DNA of 64,000 nt, from contig JBAZIZ010000001.1 in the NCBI GenBank assembly GCA_041651535.1, positions 6,011 to 70,010 of the forward strand. Reading direction: 5' to 3'. The position numbers and the translations under genes are program-made. Numbering within the stretch: position 1 is the first letter of the stretch; every line of letters begins with the position of its first letter. Origin of the DNA: Patescibacteria group bacterium. GTDB lineage: Bacteria; Patescibacteriota; Patescibacteriia; Magasanikbacterales; UBA922. Positions 57,835 through 64,000 of the stretch are shown piece by piece. The notes beneath the pieces were generated by a model, which saw only the letters and a list, made by a program, of their open reading frames with translations, was not told the DNA's origin and searched no databases.

Positions 57835-58833
57835 ATGATTTTAAAAGATTTTAAACAAAATATAGAGTTAAAACCAAAAACTTCTTTTTTTTGTAGAAAA
57901 AAAATTAAAGTTAATAAAGACTATGCTTGGCAAGGGACAAAAATAAATCCATACAAAAAAGAATGTGATTCAGAAAAAAAGAAATTTTTATTTTATGTCT
58001 TCATCATTTTATTTTGTGTTTTTATAACTATTTTTTTAGCAATTTTTAATCCATTTTTTAAGATCAGTGAAATAAATATAAATGGCTTACAGAGAATAAA
58101 TAATGCTGAAATAAAAACTGTCACCTTTGATCTCTTGAATTTAAAATCTTTTGGTTTTTTGCCTAATGATAGTTATTTTAGAATTAAAATTGATAATATA
58201 ATTGAAATACTTAAAAACAGATTTCCAATTGAAGAAATAACAATTACAAAAAGTTTCCCTAATGTTTTGAATATAGACATTAAAGAAAAAATAACAACTA
58301 TTATTTATGATAATGGTAAAGAATATAGTTTTATTAACTTAAACGGTGATATAGTTGAAATTTTTAGAAAAGTAGCTTCTTACGAATGGCAAGAAACTAT
58401 AAAAATTAATACTAGTACCGATGAATTTGGTAAAATTATAGAGAATAAAGAAGTAATAAATAAAATCCATAAACCAGATATAAAAAGTTTAATAAATGAT
58501 ATGGGCAATTATCCAATAGTTTTTGATGAAAGACAAACTGATGTCGAGATAAACAAAAATGTACTTAATCAAAATCAAGCAAGAAAAATTGTAGACTGGT
58601 TTAATTTACTAAATAAAAATACAGACGAAATTAATCTAAAATATTTTATTTTAAATAATTCTAACGATGAAGTAATAATTCAAACTTATGATGCTTGGTA
58701 TATAAAGACAAGTGTAGACCGAGAAGTAGAGAATCAATACAAAGAATTAAAAACTGTTTTAGAAAAAGAAATTCAAAATCAAAATTTTTCTTACATTGAT
58801 TTAAGATATCCAAATAGAATTTATTGGAAATAA
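57835..58833 (+). CDS. FtsQ/DivIB-like cell-division protein (TM plus POTRA)
   Basis: Single TM helix followed by a POTRA-like segment EININGLQRINNAEIKTVTF. Confidence 0.5.
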   Translation: MILKDFKQNIELKPKTSFFCRKKIKVNKDYAWQGTKINPYKKECDSEKKKFLFYVFIILFCVFITIFLAIFNPFFKISEININGLQRINNAEIKTVTFDLLNLKSFGFLPNDSYFRIKIDNIIEILKNRFPIEEITITKSFPNVLNIDIKEKITTIIYDNGKEYSFINLNGDIVEIFRKVASYEWQETIKINTSTDEFGKIIENKEVINKIHKPDIKSLINDMGNYPIVFDERQTDVEINKNVLNQNQARKIVDWFNLLNKNTDEINLKYFILNNSNDEVIIQTYDAWYIKTSVDREVENQYKELKTVLEKEIQNQNFSYIDLRYPNRIYWK

Positions 58834-59510
58834 TTTTATTGTATTAATTGACGAAGTTTTTAGGCAGAGCAGAAGTGGAATTGCGTTATATGTAAGATAT
58901 ATAGTATGTCGCACAATATATCTTATACGACATTATATATAATAAGACAGCACAGCTTTTTAACCTTTTATTCATTAAACCACTTTTCATAAACTCTGTT
59001 TGTATTTTGCTTTTAATTTAATTTTGTTTTTTTAAATTTAGCTTTGACTTCTTCTGTATAACTTCTTAATTTTATAGTTGTTATCTTAAATTAAAATAAA
59101 ATCCTTTGATTCTCTCAGTATAACTTATCTAGTATAATTCTATATATTTTGCGACACAACAAAAAATGAGTTCAAAAAAAAAGAGGTAAACTAATACATC
59201 TTTTTTATTAAATTTTTCTTATAAAACAAATAGAAGCTAACTAATATTATATTATTATTGAATAAAAGCTGGCACTTTTATTGTTTTAAGTTTAATTATC
59301 GGAGTAAAAATAAAATTTGTTTTTTAAAATTAATATTATTAAAAGAACATTTTGATTAGTTATAATATATTTTTAAATCTATATTAATTATCTTATATTT
59401 TGTAATATTTTTGTTTCCCTACTCTATCAATTTCAAAAAATAATCTCTATATATTGTGCGACACAAATTATTTTAAATAAAAAATATTTTAAAAAAGTTT
59501 TAGAAAGTAC

Positions 59511-59538
59511 TTGACAAAAATACTTTTTCTGTTATAAT
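59511..59538 (+). promoter_or_regulatory. Near-consensus sigma70 promoter TTGACA-N16-TGtTATAAT
   Basis: Perfect -35 and -10 hexamers plus extended -10 TG; drives the downstream small-RNA candidate. Confidence 0.65.
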
Positions 59539-59544
59539 ACAAGC

Positions 59545-59664
59545 ACTAATACACGTCCAGTCACTCTCAGTTCTTTTTGTCCCATTCTGGGACAGGATGC
59601 GTGGGTTTCTATCCCCACTCCAGACCGGGAATCAGCAATTGCAAAGTTGATTCCCGTCTTTTTT
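59545..59664 (+). ncRNA. Orphan small-RNA candidate (~120 nt) bounded by a consensus promoter and an intrinsic terminator
   Basis: About 50% GC island in a 25% GC background; internal hairpins (GTCCCA-ttc-TGGGAC; GTGGG-tttctat-CCCAC); terminator CGGGAATCA…TGATTCCCG + T7 at 59625-59664; no plausible ORF (longest is 17 aa with no SD). Confidence 0.45.
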
Positions 59665-59684
59665 TATATAAAAAAATTGGTTTT

Positions 59685-60911
59685 TTACCAATCTTTTATT
59701 AAATAGTCTAAAGGATTTACTGGAATTCCATTTATTCTGACTTCAAAATGTAAATGGGGTCCAGTTGTGAAAGGCCCAGCCCCAATAGTTCCTGGTGTAG
59801 CTCCTGAATAACCAATTATATCTCCTCTGGTGACAAACTGACCTTCAGATACAGATATTTTGCTTAAATGACCATAAACTGTGGACATACCACTAGAATG
59901 AATTATCATGACATATGCATAACAGCTAGCAGTAGAACAAAAATTTGCTCTTCCAATATAACCTGATTTTGTCGCTCTGACAGCTGTTCCTTGTGCAGCT
60001 CGAATATCAACTGCATTATGTTCAAAAACATTACGATAAGGATAATTTTTATCATAAAAATAAGCTGTTATATAGCGACTATCAGTTGGCCAAGAAAGTT
60101 TTGATTCATCTTCAATACCAGAAAATTTATTTTGAGCTTCTAGCATTTTTCTTACTTTTTGTTCTATACTAGTAATTTCATTTTCAATTTGTTGATATTG
60201 AGATTTTAAATTTTTCAACATTGTTTGATAAGTTGCTTCTGAGGCTCTTGTCTGTGAAAGTAAATTAACTTTATATTTATTTTGTTCAGCTAAATCTATT
60301 TTTTGATTTTCTAATTTTGTCTTTTCTTCATTATAAGCTTTTCTTTTATTTTCTTCTTCTTTTTTATTTTCTTCTAAATTTTCTTTTGCTAATCTAATTG
60401 TTTTGGCACTTTGTGCCATGTCAGTTTCTATATTTTGAATATATTGCACTCGATTATAAAAATCAGAAAAATTATCATAAGCAGTTAGGATCTCAATAAA
60501 TTTTTTATTATTTTCATAATATAAAGTTCTAATAAGTTCTGCTAAAATTTGTTTTTGTTGTGAAATCAATGTTTCTTTTTGGTTTATTTCCAAATCTAAT
60601 TCTTGAATTTCTAATTCAGTTTTGGAAATAGTTATTTCAGTTTTTTCTATTTCATTTTCAAGTAATGTCATTCTGGTTTCTAAAATTGAAATTTGATTGT
60701 TTAAAGATACTGTTTGAGCTTGAGTAGATTCAATTTTCTTTTTATAAGTTTCAATGGATTTTTCTAACTCTTCTATTTTTGTTTTTTTATCAGTAATTTG
60801 TTTATTTAATTCATCTACCGTCTCCCCTTTTACTACTTTATAAACAGCAAAAAAACCTAAAAATAAAATAAAAATTAAAAAAAATATTTTGTATTTTTGA
60901 GAAAAAGACAT
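59685..60911 (-). CDS. M23-family peptidoglycan metalloendopeptidase with N-terminal coiled coil (EnvC/LytM-like)
   Basis: C-terminal GPHLHFEVRINGIPVNPLDYL M23 motif; N-terminal TM plus long coiled coil. Confidence 0.85.
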   Translation of the reverse strand: MSFSQKYKIFFLIFILFLGFFAVYKVVKGETVDELNKQITDKKTKIEELEKSIETYKKKIESTQAQTVSLNNQISILETRMTLLENEIEKTEITISKTELEIQELDLEINQKETLISQQKQILAELIRTLYYENNKKFIEILTAYDNFSDFYNRVQYIQNIETDMAQSAKTIRLAKENLEENKKEEENKRKAYNEEKTKLENQKIDLAEQNKYKVNLLSQTRASEATYQTMLKNLKSQYQQIENEITSIEQKVRKMLEAQNKFSGIEDESKLSWPTDSRYITAYFYDKNYPYRNVFEHNAVDIRAAQGTAVRATKSGYIGRANFCSTASCYAYVMIIHSSGMSTVYGHLSKISVSEGQFVTRGDIIGYSGATPGTIGAGPFTTGPHLHFEVRINGIPVNPLDYLIKDW

Positions 60912-60950
60912 AATTAAAAATAGTTTAATATATTATAACATATTTTTAAA

Positions 60951-60986
60951 TAAAATAAAAAAACCACTCGTTTTACTCCTGAGTGG
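60951..60986 (-). terminator. Intrinsic terminator of the small minus-strand gene
   Basis: Minus strand reads CCACTC-aggagtaaaac-GAGTGG followed by a U-run. Confidence 0.55.
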
Positions 60987-60996
60987 CCAAAAGGGT

Positions 60997-61137
60997 TTAT
61001 TGGCAGATTCCCGCCGGGACTTCTCCATCCGGCAAGGAATAGATTGCGTCTTTAATTTCTTTAAATTCTTCAGCGGACGTCTGTCCGCTGATTATCTGAA
61101 TCGTTCCTGATTCAGATAAAAATGCCTTCAGTACCAT
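60997..61137 (-). CDS. Small protein (46 aa; MVLKAFLSESGTIQIISGQTSAEEFKEIKDAIYSLPDGEVPAGICQ) with a canonical SD, own promoter and terminator
   Basis: Not in the ORF track (below its length cut-off). AGGAGG 5 nt before the ATG (+ strand cctcct at 61143-61148); about 45% GC; promoter at 61165-61193. Confidence 0.5.
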   Translation of the reverse strand: MVLKAFLSESGTIQIISGQTSAEEFKEIKDAIYSLPDGEVPAGICQ

Positions 61138-61164
61138 TTTTTCCTCCTAAAACGAGCTGACAAA

Positions 61165-61193
61165 ATAATATCATAAAATTGACTTTTTGTCAA
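61165..61193 (-). promoter_or_regulatory. Consensus sigma70 promoter TTGACA-N17-TATTAT
   Basis: Reverse complement reads TTGACAAAAAGTCAATTTTATGATATTAT. Confidence 0.6.
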
Positions 61194-61195
61194 CC

Positions 61196-61222
61196 AAAAA
61201 CAAATCCTAATGTTAAGGATTT
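61196..61222 (-). terminator. Intrinsic terminator after gltX
   Basis: AAATCCT-aatgtta-AGGATTT stem-loop followed by a U-run on the minus strand. Confidence 0.55.
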
Positions 61223-61242
61223 GTTTAAATATAGCAATTATT

Positions 61243-62718
61243 TTATTTTTTTAAGGCTAAATTAATTCTTTTTATTGTTTCTTCTTTTTTTAAAATAGCC
61301 ATAATTTCAAAAGGTCCTGGAGAATTTTTTTGTCCAGAAATAGCAATACGCAGTGGCCATAAAATATCTCCGACACCAAAATTATTTTTTTCTATAAACA
61401 CAAAAACCATTTTTTCTAAAATTTCTTTTTCCCATTCTTCATTAGATATCTCTTGTAAAAAATTAGAAATAATTTTTAATTTATTTTTTGTTTCATCCAA
61501 ATCAGTTTTTTTCCAAATCAATAATTCCTTTTCATAATCAGGTAATTCAAAAATAAATTTTACTGCTTCTGGAATAGTTGATAGAATTTTTGCTCTATCT
61601 TTTTCTAAAGCAATAATTTGAGCTATTTGTTCTTTATCTTTAATTTCATATTTTGACCACCAATCAGTTTTTTCAAAAAAAGGTAATGTTAATTCTGTTA
61701 ATTTGTTTAAAGACATTTTTTTTATATATTGTCCATTTAACCAATCAAGTTTTTCTAAATTAAACACTGCTCCTGATTTATTAACTTTTTTAAAATCAAA
61801 TGATTTTATCAATTCTTCTAAACTAAAAATTTCTTGATCGGTTCCAGGATTCCAACCTAAAAATGCAGCAAAATTAATCAATGCTTCTGGTAAATAACCT
61901 TTTTTTGTATAATCTTCAACTGCTACATCACCTTGTCTTTTGCTCAATTTTGATTTATCTGGGTTTAGTAGTAAAGGTAGATGAGCAAATTGTGGTAACT
62001 CCCAATTAAACATTTTGTACAATGTAATATGTTTTGGAACTGAAGAAAGCCATTCTTCACCACGAATAACATGAGTAATTCCCATTAGATGATCATCAAC
62101 AACAACTGCTAAATGATAAGTTGGAAAACCATCCTCTTTTAAAATCACTTGATCATCACTGATTTCATTTTTGAACACAATTTGTCCTCGGACTAAATCT
62201 TCTAAAATAGTTTCTCCTGTTTTTGGCATTTTCATTCTAACGACATATTTCTCTCCTTGTGCAATTCTTTTTTTAGCTTCTTCAATATTTAAATTACGAC
62301 AATGTCCATCATAACCAGTTGGTTTTTTATTTAATTCTTGTTCTTTTCTTAATTCTTCCAATCTATTTTTATCACAAAAACAATAATAAGCATCGCCTTG
62401 ATTAATCAATTGATCAATATATTTATGATAAATTTCAAGTCTTTCTGATTGAATATAAGGACCACAATCGCCTTTTTGATTTATCTTTCCTTGATTATCA
62501 AAAACAACTCCCTCATCGATTTCTAATCCAGCCCAATTTAAAGATTTTAAAATATTTTCTATTCCATCTTGAACAAGTCTGTTTCTGTCCGTGTCTTCTA
62601 TTCTTAAAACAAAAGAACCATTGTTTTGTTTAGCAAGTAAATAATCAAATAAAGCAGTTCGTAATCCGCCAACATGTAAATACCCAGTTGGACTTGGTGC
62701 AAAGCGAGTTTTAATCAT
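61243..62718 (-). CDS. gltX: Glutamyl-tRNA synthetase
   Basis: HIGH motif PTGYLHVGG; KMSKS-like KLSKRQG. Confidence 0.9.
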   Translation of the reverse strand: MIKTRFAPSPTGYLHVGGLRTALFDYLLAKQNNGSFVLRIEDTDRNRLVQDGIENILKSLNWAGLEIDEGVVFDNQGKINQKGDCGPYIQSERLEIYHKYIDQLINQGDAYYCFCDKNRLEELRKEQELNKKPTGYDGHCRNLNIEEAKKRIAQGEKYVVRMKMPKTGETILEDLVRGQIVFKNEISDDQVILKEDGFPTYHLAVVVDDHLMGITHVIRGEEWLSSVPKHITLYKMFNWELPQFAHLPLLLNPDKSKLSKRQGDVAVEDYTKKGYLPEALINFAAFLGWNPGTDQEIFSLEELIKSFDFKKVNKSGAVFNLEKLDWLNGQYIKKMSLNKLTELTLPFFEKTDWWSKYEIKDKEQIAQIIALEKDRAKILSTIPEAVKFIFELPDYEKELLIWKKTDLDETKNKLKIISNFLQEISNEEWEKEILEKMVFVFIEKNNFGVGDILWPLRIAISGQKNSPGPFEIMAILKKEETIKRINLALKK

Positions 62719-62722
62719 AAAA

Positions 62723-63487
62723 CTATTTTTTTATTTTATACATAACTATTCCAGCAGAAATGGCTAAATTTAAAGATTCTGCTTGTCCATAACCTTTGAT
62801 AGTATATCTTTTGTCGACAAATTTTTCAAGTTCAGCAGCTAAACCATGTGATTCATTACCAAATAAAAATATATTTTTATCTTTAAAAGACATTTTTTCT
62901 ATTGACTCGCCATTTAAATCTAAGGAATTTATGACAAAATTTTCTTTTTTAAATTTTTCCAAAGTTCTTTTAAAATCATTAACACGCAAAATATCTACAT
63001 GAAAAATAGACCCCATTGTACTTCTAACGACTTTTGAATTATATAAATCTACGCTGTTTTCACTTAAAATTATTTTTTTTATTCCAAACCAATCAGCCGT
63101 TCTGATTATAGTTCCTAAATTTCCCGGATCATTTACAGCATCCAAAGCAATAATATTTTTTTCTTTTAAAAAATCTTCTATAAAAAATTCTTTTTGTACA
63201 ACTACAGATAAAACACCTGGAAAAGTTTCTGTGTCAGAAATTTTTTCTAAATCTTTTCTGTCAGCATATTCAACAATTATCCCTTTTTTTTCTGCAGTTA
63301 AAATAATTTTTTTGATTTCATTTTCATCTCTTCTTTTTCCTTCAATTAAAATTAAAGCAATATCAAAATCAGATTTTAAAGCTTCGGCTGTTCCTTTTAT
63401 TCCTTCTACAATAAATTCGCCAAAATCTTTACGAAATTTTTTTTGTTCTAATTTTTGTAAATGTTTTTTAATTTTTTCTGCTAACAT
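62723..63487 (-). CDS. SpoU/TrmH-family RNA 2'-O-methyltransferase (RlmB-like)
   Basis: …DAVNDPGNLGTIIRTADWFG… and …LFGNESHGL…, SPOUT motifs. Confidence 0.8.
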   Translation of the reverse strand: MLAEKIKKHLQKLEQKKFRKDFGEFIVEGIKGTAEALKSDFDIALILIEGKRRDENEIKKIILTAEKKGIIVEYADRKDLEKISDTETFPGVLSVVVQKEFFIEDFLKEKNIIALDAVNDPGNLGTIIRTADWFGIKKIILSENSVDLYNSKVVRSTMGSIFHVDILRVNDFKRTLEKFKKENFVINSLDLNGESIEKMSFKDKNIFLFGNESHGLAAELEKFVDKRYTIKGYGQAESLNLAISAGIVMYKIKK

Positions 63488-63491
63488 AAAA

Positions 63492-64000
63492 TTATTTTTT
63501 ATTTTTAAAAATTAAATAAGGAAAAATAAATACAGCTTTAAAAATTCTCAATACTCTTTTCTTTGGTTCTGATAATAATCTAAAAAACCATTCTAAACCG
63601 ATTTTTCTCATCCAAACTGGTGCTCTTTTTGTTTTATCAGCTAAATAATCAAAGCTACCGCCAACACCCATTGCTATTTTTACACTTGGCAGATCACGTA
63701 AAAATTCATTTATCCATTTTTCTTGTTTTTTGTGTCCAAAAGCTACAAAAATAATTTGTGGTTTTGTCATTACTATTTCCCCTATTAATTCATCATTTTC
63801 TTGTTTATTAAAGCTAAGTTTTTCTTTATTTTCTATTAAAATTTTATTTATTTCTAAACCTTTGTTTAAACCAGCAATTTTTAAATTTGGGTATATTTTT
63901 ATTAAATTATTTTTTAAGTGTTCAAGTGTTTGTTTATCTCCAGAACCTAAAAAAAATACAGAGTAATTATTTTGTTCAGCTAATTTTAATATATCTGTCA
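63492..64000 (-). CDS. WecB/TagA/CpsF-family glycosyltransferase; N-terminal part lies beyond the window end
   Basis: GVGGSFDYLADKTKRAPVWMRKIGLEWFFRLLSEPKKR matches the WecG/TagA C-terminal signature. Reading frame is open upstream of the ORF-track Met through nt 64000 (…ILKLAEQNNYSVFFLGSGDKQTLEHL…IYPNLKIAGL…). Confidence 0.8.
   Translation of the reverse strand, partial: TDILKLAEQNNYSVFFLGSGDKQTLEHLKNNLIKIYPNLKIAGLNKGLEINKILIENKEKLSFNKQENDELIGEIVMTKPQIIFVAFGHKKQEKWINEFLRDLPSVKIAMGVGGSFDYLADKTKRAPVWMRKIGLEWFFRLLSEPKKRVLRIFKAVFIFPYLIFKNKK

Noticed and set aside
59575-59625. tRNA-like T-arm (GTGGG-tttctat-CCCAC) inside the sRNA candidate
   Set aside because: The loop does not fit the T-psi-C-R-A pattern, and no acceptor or anticodon arms or CCA-compatible 3' end are present.
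59598-59651. 17-codon ORF (MRGFLSPLQTGNQQLQS) within the sRNA candidate
   Set aside because: No SD, too short, and its stop falls inside the terminator stem. More parsimonious as non-coding.
63730-63966. + strand 78-aa ORF near the window end
   Set aside because: Shadow of the minus-strand TagA/WecG gene, whose frame is open and matches the family signature across this region.
1-64000. Alternative genetic code (TGA recoding, as in some CPR lineages)
   Set aside because: Genes terminate with TAA, TAG and TGA, and known proteins (pyrG, murA, mreB and others) have expected lengths under code 11.
1-64000. CRISPR arrays, tRNA/rRNA genes, transposases or integrases
   Set aside because: No regularly spaced direct repeats with unique spacers, no tRNA-like GC islands, and no recognisable transposase or integrase ORFs were seen.

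Overview
This 64-kb window is very AT-rich (roughly 25% GC), uses the standard genetic code with TAA/TAG/TGA stops, and its genes almost all lack Shine-Dalgarno (SD) sequences. Gene content is consistent with a small-genome, CPR/Patescibacteria-like bacterium that makes peptidoglycan: short-form ProRS and AlaRS, MreBCD-PBP2, MurA, MurG, FemAB, and many glycosyltransferases. Layout: (i) 1-20200 is a large glycan-biosynthesis locus on the + strand. It holds a GT-C-like membrane protein, five GT1 genes, a GT2-GT1 fusion, two SAM methyltransferases, a hexapeptide acetyltransferase, a Wzx-like flippase, a UDP-sugar dehydrogenase, an HD protein, a four-helix-bundle protein, an SDR epimerase, HIT and two NUDIX genes, RmlB, an FdtA-like cupin and RmlD. 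(ii) 20.2-21.1 kb is a GC-enriched single-gene island. (iii) 21.1-34 kb holds housekeeping genes: thioredoxin-DsbD fusion, UvrD-nuclease, DciA-like, proS-mreBCD-mrdA, DsbA. (iv) 35.3-41.3 kb is a second glycosylation cluster of four GT2 genes plus a long-form RmlA-like gene. (v) 42.7-58.8 kb holds murA, ctpA, era, rplI, pyrG, murG, a TraD/VirD4-like ATPase, TspO, mnmA, short alaS, FemAB and an FtsQ-like gene. (vi) 58.8-59.7 kb is a long AT-rich non-coding region with repeats and an orphan small-RNA candidate. (vii) 59.7-64 kb holds an M23 peptidase, gltX, a SpoU methyltransferase and an edge-truncated TagA/WecG gene. No rRNA, tRNA, CRISPR array or transposase/integrase was found. The most unusual signals are listed next. 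Four small genes are GC-enriched and preceded by perfect AGGAG(G) SD sequences, three of them with textbook TTGACA-N17-TATAAT-type promoters. A four-helix-bundle (23S rRNA IVS / Avd-like) gene sits inside a hairpin-forming inverted repeat and is bracketed by 10-bp direct repeats. A near-identical GC-rich 20-nt palindrome occurs twice, once in-frame inside a gene. A family of (GATTTWA)n repeats follows stop codons. A ~120-nt promoter-to-terminator small-RNA candidate is present.
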